From the NCBI GenBank assembly GCA_002269645.1, contig NIVC01000001.1:434001-498000 (forward strand): 64,000 bases of DNA, given 5' to 3'. The stretch's first letter is position 1; every line of letters begins with the position of its first letter. The notes below the pieces were generated by a model, which was given only the letters and a program-made list of their open reading frames with translations, searched no databases and was not told where the DNA came from. Source of the stretch: Macrostomum lignano (Eukaryota). Below are positions 12,451 through 23,585 of this stretch, piece by piece. Made by a program: the position numbers and the translations under genes.

Positions 12451-12786
12451 GCGGGTATTATGATTCAAAAACAGAAGACACTATCGAACTTCGAGTAGGA
12501 AGGCTATCTTAAAACGTTAAGGATTTGGGAGAGGGGCTGGCAGCGGATGTACATTGGGGAAGAGGGACTGGCAGTGATGTACATTGGGGAGAGGCTTGCG
12601 GGTATTATGATTCAAAAACAGAAGACACTATCGAACTTCGAGTAGGAAGGCTATCTTAAAACGTTAAGAGCACAGCATTTGAATTCCGAGAGCAGTCAGG
12701 GACCTTTAGGTGGGAAAATTAAATCAACGATATTACTTGAGTAGTTGAGTAAGCTTTTCTAGTTTGGGCCAGGTGCGAATGCTAAT

Positions 12787-15312
12787 TTATCGGTGCTTAG
12801 CCTGATGAGCCAGCTGTTGCTGCTTAACAATGGCCGAGGCGGACAACTGCGGATTCGAGCCCAGGACTACCGGAGCAGCCAACTGTTGCTGCAACAAACT
12901 CTGTTGATTCAGATGATGCTGATGCTGCATCAGAGAGTGATGATGAGGCTGCCTCTGCTGCTGCTGGGGAAGCTGGGCCTGCATAGCGGCCCGGTGCTGG
13001 GCCAGCCGAGCCCGGCAGTGAGCGCCGATGCCGGACATCGGGGCCAGGGTGCGCCTGCGGGCCCAGCCCAACAGGGCCAGGCCGCTACCAGCGCCGCCAT
13101 CAGCTGTAGAGCAGCCTGCCGCAGAGGTCGCAGCCGAGGCAGCCCGACCGCCGCCCCGTCGAATCAGCAGAAGAGGCTGCGGCGCGCCGAGGCAGCGAAA
13201 CTGAGCGCCAGCGACGGCCTCCACAGGCTGCTGCTGGTCGGTGGGCAGCGGCACCGGAGTGGGCGCGGGCGTGGGGAATTCCAAGAAATCCTCGTCAGAC
13301 GAGTACGCCTCCGGATTAGCCGGGGGAGGCGGCGATGAGGAGGAGGAAGCGGCGGACGAGCACAGGGCGGTGGCAGTGGGGATGAGCACAACTGGCTGTT
13401 GCCGGAAGAACATCTGCAGCGCTGGCTGTGTTTGCTGGTGCTGGTGGTTCAGCAGCTGCGGCGAGCTGCTCACGGCTGGCAGCGGGCCCACGGCTGCCGA
13501 CACCGGCGCGCCGGGTGGAGCCACGGGGGGCGGCTGTCCGGATTTGAGGCTCCGGCTGGCCTGCAGCAGGGCATCGAACGGGCGGGTCCTGCCGGGCACA
13601 GCGCGCCGGTCTCGCAGGCTGTGCTTCTTGCAGGTCAGGGAGCGGACGCAGCGCTGGCCGGAGTCGGTGACTACGCCGCAGTGATTGTCCGGGTCAAAGG
13701 CGCGATCTCGGAGCGGCAGGATGCGCGTTTTGGTGCCGCCGCCTTGCCCGCTGTTGCTGCTGGTGTGGCTGTGCTGATGCATCAGCGGCTGGCTTGAGGC
13801 CACGCCGCCAAGAGGCGACATCGCCACGGCGGTTGTGGGTGTCGCCGCACCGCCTTGCTGACCGTGGCGATGTTGCTGATAGCCAGATGAAGCCGAACTC
13901 ACCAGCGCAGCGGCGCCAGCGGCAACGGCCGATGCGGATTCGTCCTCTTCGCGGATTCGAACCACCGGAACTGCATCCTCTTCCGGTTCGAGCGATACGC
14001 TGACGGGAGCCTCCTCGAGCAGGCCAGGCAGCCGCGGGGTCTAACAGAGAGCGGGAGGGCGATTCTTTAAACTGGACTGTAGGGCGATTCTTTAAACTGG
14101 ACTGTAGGGCGATTCTTTAAACTGGACTGTGGGCGATTCTTTAAACTGGACTGTGGGCGATTCTTTAAACTGGACTGTAGGGCGATTCTTTAAACTGGAC
14201 TGTAGGGCGATTCTTTAAACTGGACTGTGGGCGATTCTTTAAACTGGACTGTGGGCGATTCTTTAAACTGGACTGTGGGCGATTCTTTAAACTGGACTGT
14301 AGGGCGATTCTTTAAACTGGACTGTAGGGCGATTCTTTAAACTGGACTGTGGGCGATTCTTTAAACTGGACTGTGGGCGATTCTTTAAACTGGACTGTAG
14401 GGCGATTCTTTAAACTGGACTGTAGGGCGATTCTTTAAACTGGACTGCAGGGCGATTCTTTAAACTGGACTGCAGGGCGATTCTTTAAACTGGACTGTAG
14501 GGCGATTCTTTAAACTGGACTGTGGGCGATTCTTTCCAAACTTTAATCAAAGAGATTTTCCGAGCCAGTTAAGGACCAGGTGAGTTGTATGAGAGTCGGG
14601 AGACAATTGAGCTGCACAACAGCCAGCTCGATACACAGGACAGGTAAGACAGGAAAGCAACCTGGGAGTCCTCCGCAGCCATCGGGCTGGCCCCGATTCC
14701 TCCGCTGCTGCTGCCGCGCCCGTTGCCAACCTCAGCATCTTCATCATCGTCCGCCGCCTCCTCGTCATCCTCGGCCACCTCCGCGTCTTCCTGCTCGTCA
14801 TCTTCATCTTCGACTGCGGTTGTCGCCGACGCCACGGAAGTTGGCGCCGTGGTGCCGCCCTGCAGAGCGGAGGCCGAGTGGCCAGCGGCAGCGCCGCCAG
14901 CCCTGCTAGGAGTCGATGGCGGACTCGTCAGCATCAGCGGCGAAGTTGACAGAAGCGCCGCCTGGGTCAGCGTGGGCGAATCTGCCATCATGGCAGCTGC
15001 CGCCGCCGCGGCTGCTGCAGCAGTGGCGTCGCGTTTCCCGCGGACTTTCCTTCGGCCTTTGCTGTGCGCGCTGTCTAGGTGCCTGAGCAGGGTGATGAGG
15101 CTGGGGAATCTCAGCGAGCATAGGCGACAATCGTGAGCAACAAAATCTCTGCTCAAAGGAGTCTGGCTGAGCAGTGGCATCAGGTCTGACTGGAGCAGCG
15201 GCACGTCTGGACTGCTGGGCTCCGGGTTGGATGGGCATCGAAGCTGGCCACTGCGCTGGGCTTGGCCAATGGCCGACACCTCGCCCTGGAGCCAGCTGCT
15301 CCAGTCTGCCAT
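12787..15312 (-). CDS. ATXN7: Ataxin-7-like protein (SCA7 domain; SAGA deubiquitinase module subunit)
   Basis: Exons 15312-14662 (C2H2 finger CRLC..HLDSAH, acidic tract) and 14040-12787, phase 0. SCA7 signature FDPDNHCGVV..QRCVRSLTCKKHSLRDRRAVPGRTRPFDALL. The symbol is family-level (ATXN7/ATXN7L). Confidence 0.85.
14057..14535. repeat. 24/25-bp tandem repeat (GGGCGATTCTTTAAACTGGACTGT[A]) filling most of the ATXN7-like intron
   Basis: Visible directly; about 19 copies by length. Confidence 0.95.
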
Positions 15313-17950
15313 GCTGCTTCGGCCTCTTGTAGTGGATTGTTGCTATGCACTTTGGCTTTGAATTCTGCTGCAACTGCAAGTCTGCGATGGACTGCTAGGT
15401 TTCAGTGTTGCACTGCGGCTGATTTCATTTAGGGCCAACTAATAGCAGTAAAAGGCAAAAAATTTTATTAATAGGATAGGAAATCATTTTGAATTATTTT
15501 ATTACAATAGATGTATTATATTGCTAAATGTATTAAATATGCATATACTATATAGACTAACATTAAATAATGAATGATACAATTGATATGAAATATACAA
15601 TATATTTAATCATACATGTATAATATATACCACCCAATCAATTTTGCCAACATGGATCACCGAAGAGAGGAGAAATGCAATTAGAAAAGGAAAAAAATAA
15701 AGAAAAATAAAAGTTACAATTAGAAACAAAGCTTTTATTTTTGTTAAAACTACAAGCTTGAAGTTGCATAACTAATTATGTTAATTTGGAAAGTTATATA
15801 AGTATATATATGCTATACAAAAATAAAATGAACAATATTATTAGCTCAATAGCAGATATAGATAATTTTAAAGAATTTTTAAATAGTCTACTTTTGATAT
15901 TTAGAAACTTGCTACTTAAAATGCTTTAAGATTTAATGTAGATAACTTAGAAATTTTGTATTTATTAGAAATATATATAGGCTAGATAGATAATTAGTCT
16001 ATTGTCTAATTAAGACAATAATTAAATTAGGCCTAACCCATCAATTAATAGACTTATTATCAAAATTTTATTTTATTTTATTATATTTTATTGTAGCAAC
16101 AAAAGTTAAAAGGCAAAAAATTTCTCTCTAGTAGTTCTAGTAAGTACTAGTAGCTAGGCCTTAATTGATTGAAACAAATTAAGTTATAGGGCCTAAACCA
16201 AATCAACTTAACATTTAGCCTTGGTTATGTTAAGTTGATTTGATGTTAGGCTTAAAAATGTTAGGTTAACCTGATGCTAGGCTTAAAAAACTTATAATGG
16301 CATATAACACTAGGCTATATAGGCACATAAGATTTTTTTAGCTATCTAGATAAACTTAGATATAGGTACCCATAGGCATAGGTCTAAAAATTAAAAACCA
16401 TGATCAGCTGATCAGTAAATCAAAATTAAACAAGAAAATTTTTCGATGCAAAAATTCAAGGACTAGGGTCTAGCCCCTGGGCCTAGACTAGACCTAAGCT
16501 AATAGACCTTTCCCTCGGGCCTCGGCCTAACTAACCTACAGAAGCCTTTAGACCCTAATCCTCTTCTACTAGACTAAGAATTGGCAATACAATAGGCCTA
16601 CCCTAAAAATAATTTAGTATGGGCCTAAATAATGTTCATAAACCATAATGCATAGTGTGAAACCTAGCTATTAGCTAATGAAAAAAGCAATGAATATAGA
16701 ATGTAACATTCCGATCAGGAGCATGATGATGTTGTGACATGACAAATGGGATTATTGTTCAAGGATGCAGTTTGCAGAAGCTGTAGGCCCTACTCGCAAA
16801 CCGTTTTCTAAGAAAAATATTCCAATGTACCGAACCGAGGTTGAAGTTCCTTAAGAAACACTTTAGTTAACAAGAACATTATCAAAAATCTTCAGCTGAG
16901 CCATTATGCAGCTATCTACATCTATCTAGCATTTTTATCATGAGTTTATACATGTATATAGCTATACGAGCGTATATCTCGTACATACGAGCGTAGAAAA
17001 CCGTTGCTATGGGTCCATGGCAACTGGGTCCATGGGTCCATGCCTGGAAAAACTTTTCCAGGTCCATGAGGTTGGTGCAGTGGCGACCCGCACTTTGCGC
17101 TAGTTCAGAAATTGTGGGAGGGCTAAATTTGAGTCCGATCGAGAGACCACAATTATCAGTATTCAAAAAAGCAAAAAAGATTTGTATAGGTCTGAACCTG
17201 CACATACATGTACATGCATGTGAGGCATACATTTACAGTACATGCAAAAATGCCAAGTAAAGCGACCTAGTGAATGCCGAACATACGGTCTTGGAAACCT
17301 AGCAGCGTCCTGTGAAACATCTCGGATGCAAGTTTAGGCCGCATAACCGTATAGTGGCCCGAATGTGACCCGCGAAAAAGATTAAATTGGTTGAGGATAT
17401 AATCTGGGAGTTACGCTATTTACATGTATATGTACAGTGTATAAGGCTAGATTCGGTAGTACAGGTGGCTCGGCAGCGTCTGCGTCAAGCTTGGCAAAGA
17501 TAGAAGGTTGACTGTGGAGTGAAGCCGCCGCGAGGCCACACGTACTCAAAATGAAGTGTGGACTCCTGGTACCGCGCGCGCACTGTGGCCTGGTACATGT
17601 ACAAGTACACTCAAAGTGTGGCGCCACTACATCATGTCTTAAATAAAATGGCGCCCTACAAAAGACGCTTTCCCCGATAAAAAACTCCGGCTACGCCCAA
17701 TAATGGAGCACCGTGATTGGTCCATCTGACTGTGTCGTCTCTGGTGGCCCTAATATTACCAGCCGAAACGTCAAACGCCTGAATATATAAGCTGTGTGAG
17801 TTATTTTTCTTAATTTACTTAAACATTTATAATGCATATGTTGTAGGCAGAAATTCCGCCTCCCTGTGTGGAAATCACACGTTCGCCCAGCACGACAGCT
17901 GAGGTTGGCCTGGCCCTTGCGACGTAGCAATGCCCAGATGGTCATGGCGC

Positions 17951-18020
17951 GGCGAAGACTTTGATCATTGTCTGGTTGATGCAGGAGTTCAAGCGCAAGT
18001 ACCGCAAGGACATGAGCAGC
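17951..18020 (+). pseudogene. Isolated, frameshifted HSP70 gene fragment
   Basis: GEDFDHCLV followed, after a frameshift, by MQEFKRKYRKDMSS; compare the HSP70 consensus [20 protein letters not shown](H/Y)KKD(I/M)S. No flanking HSP70 sequence seen. Confidence 0.65.
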
Positions 18021-18050
18021 ACGGCCGGTCTGGATGATCGGGGTTGCTGC

Positions 18051-19015
18051 CAGGGGCGTCGCCATGGATTTTATGGTGGGGGAGGACAAACCCAAGAATT
18101 CTACATGCACATGCACATGACTAATTTCCTGCATGTACATTTTTTTCAGAAATCGGTGTTGTCAGCATCCATTTTACCACCACAGGCACTCATTTTGGTG
18201 CCGCAGACAGGCACTCATTTTGGTGCCGCAGACAGGCACTCATTTTGGTGCCGCAGACAGGCACTCATTTTGGTGCCGCAGACAGGCACTCATTTTGGTG
18301 CCGCAGACAGGCACTCATTTTGGTGCCGCAGGCACTCATTTTAGCACCGCAGGCACTCATTTTAATTTTAGCGCCGCAGGCATTCCTTTTAGCGCTGCAA
18401 GCACTCATTTTAGCGCCGCAGGCACTCATTTTAGCGTCGCAGGCATTCCTTTTAGCGCTGCAAGCACTCATTTTAGCGCCGCAGGCACTCATTTTAGCGT
18501 CGCAGGCATTCCTTTTAGCGCTGCAAGCACTCATTTTAGCGCTGCAAGCACTCATTTTAGCGCCGCAGGCACTCATTTTAGCGTCGCAGGCATTCCTTTT
18601 AGCGCTGCAAGCACTCATTTTAGCGCTGCAAGCACTCATTTTAGCGCCACAGGCACTCATTTTAGCGTCGCAGGCATTCCTTTTAGCGCTGCAAGCACTC
18701 ATTTTAGCGCCGCAGGTACTCATTTTAGCGTCGCAGGCATTCCTTTTAGCGCTGCAAGCACTCATTTTAGCGCTGCAAGCACTCAGTTTAGCGCCGCAGG
18801 CACTCATTTTGGCGCCGCAGGCACTCATTATGGTGCCGAAGGCACTCATTTTAGCGCCGCAGGCGCTGTTATGTCGCCCTTTCAGCAAAATTATTGATTT
18901 CCAAAACAGGTCAGAAAGGTGGGGTGGGGGGACAAAGCATTGTCATGTTCTTCCATATCTTTTACTGATGTCCCTCCCCTGATAGACATGTCCCCCCGCC
19001 GGTGGCGACGCCCTG
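18051..19015 (+). mobile_element. hAT-type non-autonomous element carrying a 21/25-bp minisatellite
   Basis: TIRs CAGGGGCGTCGCCA / TGGCGACGCCCTG; exact 8-bp TSD GTTGCTGC (18043-18050 and 19016-19023); internal array at about 18180-18870 (GCAGGCACTCATTTTAGCGCC). Confidence 0.9.
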
Positions 19016-19577
19016 GTTGCTGCCATTAGCTCTGTTGGTTCTGCGAGCAGCTCAGGTTGGTCTCCAACTGCAACAAAGTGAATCCAGTGTTTTACGGAGA
19101 TTCAACCTCAAGAAGGAACAGCATCTCGATCACTTGATTCCCAATCTAGATGAGTCCAAGGACAACCCCTTACTCTGGAGGATCTCCTTGCAGATGTTTT
19201 ACACCGCGAAAAAGAATTCTTTTTCAATAAAAATCTGATAAAGCAGCTGAAGTCTAGACTGGAACCGTTTCTGGCAGTCATGGTCCTGTACAAGTACATT
19301 CAGAAGAGCACCATGGCAGTCTTGGTAAGCCCTACCGGTGCTCTCAATGGAACGTTTTTAAGAGAATCTTAAAGGACCTGCGTCTTCATACGTGTACAAG
19401 CCGCTGCTTCCGGATTCTTGCCCCTATAACCACGCAGCATCCAAACATCGATAGACTCGATAAACAAGCTCAACGTCGATTTCTCAATTTCTGTATAGCT
19501 ACGGGCAAGGAGTGCGTCAGCAGAGCAGCGAATCCGGTAATTGATAAATGATTACCGGATAATTGATATTGATATTC

Positions 19578-20429
19578 AAGCGTGCTTGGCTACGCCGACG
19601 ACCTCGCCCTCCTGTCCTCGTCCGTTGAAGGCGCCCAGCGCCAGATCGACAGGCTGGTCGAGGTGGCATCGAGCGTCGGTCTGATCGTCAACACGCTGAA
19701 GACCGATGTGCTGACTGTGCCGGCCGACATCCCAGCAGACCTGACGTGCCTCGGCGCAGACGGGCAGACGACCAGGCTCGCAAGCTGCCAGCGGTTCACT
19801 CTGTCCCCTAATTTAGCGAATTAGGGGACACTACCTCGGCGGTCTGGTGCCCCACGTGGAAGAGGACCTCCGACGGCGCAGAGGACTTGCCTGGGCGGCC
19901 TTTCGTTCGATCCGAGCCGTCCTCCAGTCCGAAGCGCTGCCCGACCGCCAGAGGGCAGGGGGGCAGGGGGTGGTCGAAACCGTCCTGCTATGCAACGCCG
20001 AGGTGGACGCTGACGGCTACCCTAGAGCGGCAGCTGGACTCGGCGCACTCAGGGCTGCTCCGTGCGGCCTTTCGAGCTGACGAGAGCGTCGGGACCGAGG
20101 CCCTGTACGATCGGGCCAAGCTGCAGCGCCCGTCCACCATCCTGCGCCGACGGCGACTTCAACTGGCGGGCCACGTGATCCGGGCCGAGGGCTACTGCCC
20201 CCAACCTGTTCAGGACGTCCTGCTGCTCATCTTGCAGGGCCTGTTCAGGCGGGGTCAGGCCCGAACCCGTCGATACGTGGACTGCCTGCTGTGCGACGCT
20301 GGGACGCCCGACACTGCCAACGGAGCGGACTTTGTTCGCTCCCAGGCTCTGCGGTGCGCCATCTGACGCGCCCTGCTCTAACTGTGACTGTGCATGCAGG
20401 GTCGCGTATTTTGTTGTTTGTTGTTGATG
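19578..20429 (+). mobile_element. 5'-truncated RTE-like non-LTR retrotransposon (RT C-terminal part), frameshifted
   Basis: LGYADDLALL..GLIVNTLKT..FT/YLGG..RRRRLQLAGHVIR; (TTG)n tail; 9-bp TSD TTGATATTC (19569-19577 and 20430-20438). Confidence 0.9.
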
Positions 20430-21221
20430 TTGATATTCCATTAGGCTCGAATTGTGCCGCAACAAACGTAAACAAAAAGTTTTCACGCTTTAAAAGTGAG
20501 TTGCATCATATTTCGCTTGAAATTAACAGTGATTAGTGGATGGGCTGCTTGCTAGTCTTTTTGTGAAAAGCAAATGAAAATCTCAACTCAAGCTGCTGAA
20601 CTGGTGTCTCAAATATCTTATAAGTAGTCCTTCCTTCCATCTTTCCATTTTTCGAGCAGATTAACAATTTTGTAGCTGAGTCTGAAAAGCGCGACTTTCT
20701 GAAAGAAGATATTTGAGAATAAGCCCTACGAAAGAATTCAAAGTAGCTGTATATTTGTTTCTCACATCGGAACACGCTAAAGAAAACTAAAGCCGCTAAA
20801 GAGGCTTAATGAATTCTCAACAAAAAGCTGGATTATCCAAAGTCAAGGACTGCATTTGTGATGGAAGAATTTCTACAATTTTAGAATAACCGTTTCTGCA
20901 ATTTAAAACTTGTTCAATTACCCACTCTTACAGAATTTAAAATTTTCAAGACAATTAGCCCAAGGACATTATTGCATGATAGAAAATTAAGTCTTGGTCT
21001 CCCAGAACGTCGATTGTACATTGTCGATAAATCAGTAAAAACCTTCAACAGGGCCAATTTCCATAACCATAACACATCAGTCAATGTATTTTTAATCCCT
21101 TATATTGTTCTATTTCTATGTGTCATAGAAATAGAAGAAAATGGACAAAGCACTTGCTTTGAGGAATACAGCTCTAATTTCTAGTATTGAATACAAATAA
21201 ATACGAGAATTATCGTACTAG

Positions 21222-21765
21222 CTAACGTCGACTGGCAAACGTCGGCTGGCAAACGTCGGCTGGAGAATGTCGGCTGGCAAACGTCGGCTGGCAAAAGTCG
21301 GCTGGAGAATGTCGGCTGGCAAATGTCGGCTGGAGAATGTCGGCTGGCAAACGTCGGCTGGCAAACGTCGGCTGGCAAACGTCGGCTGGCAAATGTCGGC
21401 TGGAGAATGTCGGCTGGCAAACGTCGGCTGGCAAAAGTCGGCTGGCAAACGTCGGCTGGCAAATGTCGGCTGGAGAATGTCGGCTGGCAAACATCGGCTG
21501 GCAAACGTCGGCTGGAGAATGTCGGCTGGCAGCAGATGTCGGCTGGAAAATGTCGGCTGGCAAACGTCGGCTGGAAAATGTCGGCTGGCAAACGTCGGCT
21601 GGAGAATGTCGGCTGGAAAACGTCGGCTGGCAAACGTAGGCTGGCAAACGTCGGCTGGCAAACGTCGGCTGGCAAACGTCGGCTGGCAAACGTCGGCTGG
21701 AAAATGTCGGCTGGCAAACGTCGGCTGGAGAATGTCGGCTCGAAAACGTCGGCTGGCAAACGGAG
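21222..21765. repeat. 14-bp tandem repeat (AAACGTCGGCTGGC and variants)
   Basis: Visible directly; a degenerate TTAGG/TTAGGG tract follows at about 21880-21960. Confidence 0.95.
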
Positions 21766-22578
21766 GTATCCAACTGAAATTGAGATCTGACCGTTAAAAA
21801 TATGAATTGGAATTTTTAGTTTCTTGACTTACTTGACGAAACTAAACTAACGATTTGAGGTTTAAGGGTATAAGAACTAGGGTTTAAGATGGGGTTTAGG
21901 CTATGTTTTGGTTAGGGTTGGGTTTTAGGATAGGGTTAGGGTTTAGGTTAGGTTAGGTTTGGAAGTTAATTTGTGGTAATTCGTAAGCCCTTCAGTTTTT
22001 CAAAATACTTGAACACGATAACACTGATGAGTACCGTATGGCATTAATTATGATTTTTGCGGCGTTTCTCGCGACCACTTCCCAGGTAAAAGCCCTGTCT
22101 ACATCATCATTGATTTGGAAAACAACAAAATCAGGGTCTTTACATGTAGTTACATGTACATGTAGCAACGTTTTTGACACCGGTTGAGAGTAGGTTCAGA
22201 CGTTGGAAGATTGTGAGCAGTAGGCTGAAGTAGGCCTTAAGAAATCCCAGCGCATCCGGCTTCTTGCCTTAAATTTTGATTGGCCGCTTTCGATTGGGGC
22301 ACCATCACCCGATTGGCTGGACTCTGCGTGGTGGCTTCCCATTTTTGCCGGACTACAAGTAATCCTTAGAGTTTTTTAACGACAGAAAAAATTACTTTGC
22401 CTTCAGCCAGCCACAAGGAATCATTCGATCCTAAAATATTCGGTAAGTACATGATTGACAAAACTTTATACGTCGGTTTCATCAATAGTGAGTGCAGTCA
22501 CGTGAATTTTTAAATTATTTTGATACATGTTCCAGGTTTGGGTAGTTTAAGCAAAATTTTCAAGCCGCAAAGTCCGTA

Positions 22579-22850
22579 CAGGTGAGATTTCCAAGCCATA
22601 CTGCTTCCTACCATATCACAGGTGAGATTTTCAGGCAATACTGCTTCCTACCATATCACAGGTGAGATTTCCAAGCCATACTGCTTCCTACCATATCACA
22701 GGTGAGATTTCCAAGCCATACTTCTTCCTACCATATCACAGATGAGATTTCCAAGCCATACTGCTTCCTACCATATCACAGATGAGATTTCCAAGCCATA
22801 CTGCTTCCTACCATATCACAGATGAGATTTCCAAGCCATACTGCTTCCTA
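22579..22850. repeat. 40-bp tandem repeat (CAGGTGAGATTTCCAAGCCATACTGCTTCCTACCATATCA)
   Basis: About 7 head-to-tail copies with no spacers. Confidence 0.95.
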
Positions 22851-23585
22851 AATAGAACGACGTGAGACTCCAATGTCTCCGTTAACCGGGGCAAGCATAT
22901 TGAATAATTTTTAAAAACCCTACCTCTGATGGCCTTTTAAATGGGGACTACTTCAGTATAAAACAAAGGGAGTTCATCAATGCTCACAAAGAAAATGATT
23001 TTAAGTTTGTTTCTTTAAAGAAGAAGAAAATACAAGAGTATTTAAGCATTCTATAGCGTAAAATGCATGCTTAAAAGTTTTTTCTCACACAATTGATCAT
23101 TCAGTTTTGTAGGAAATTCAATCTCTAACAAAAAGCAGACAAAAGACCCCCCCCCCCCCCCACGGTTTGCCAACATTTACCAGCTTTAGATTTGTTTTGC
23201 CAATTCCTCAAACTCTGAGCATCTCTTTGTGAAATTTCATACGCAAGCCATCAAGAAAGCTTGCAAGACAACTGGAATTCCTTCTGTTTCCTTCTGCTTG
23301 CTGATAGCGCTGGCCACAGCCTTGGGCACGAGAAAAAAGGTCGATTTTGTGACTCTGCAGCCCAAGAGACACATTTCAATGACCGATCTCAATACTGACG
23401 GGGGTACAGAAAACAGGTTGAAGAAGCAGAAGTTGCTTTGCTAGTTTGAAATCCGATCTTCGAATAAAGATTGCTCCCAACCCGATAAGAAACGGGATTC
23501 TTCATGTGTGATCGAAGTCGCATTGAACCGCTTTATCCTCTCTTTAACTTTCAGGGCGGATAATAAAGGATCTCACTGCGCCTAT

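Noticed and set aside
22579-22850. CRISPR-like array (also considered 48984-49251 and 26811-27135)
   Set aside because: The units are head-to-tail with no unique spacers, no cas genes are present, and the context is eukaryotic.
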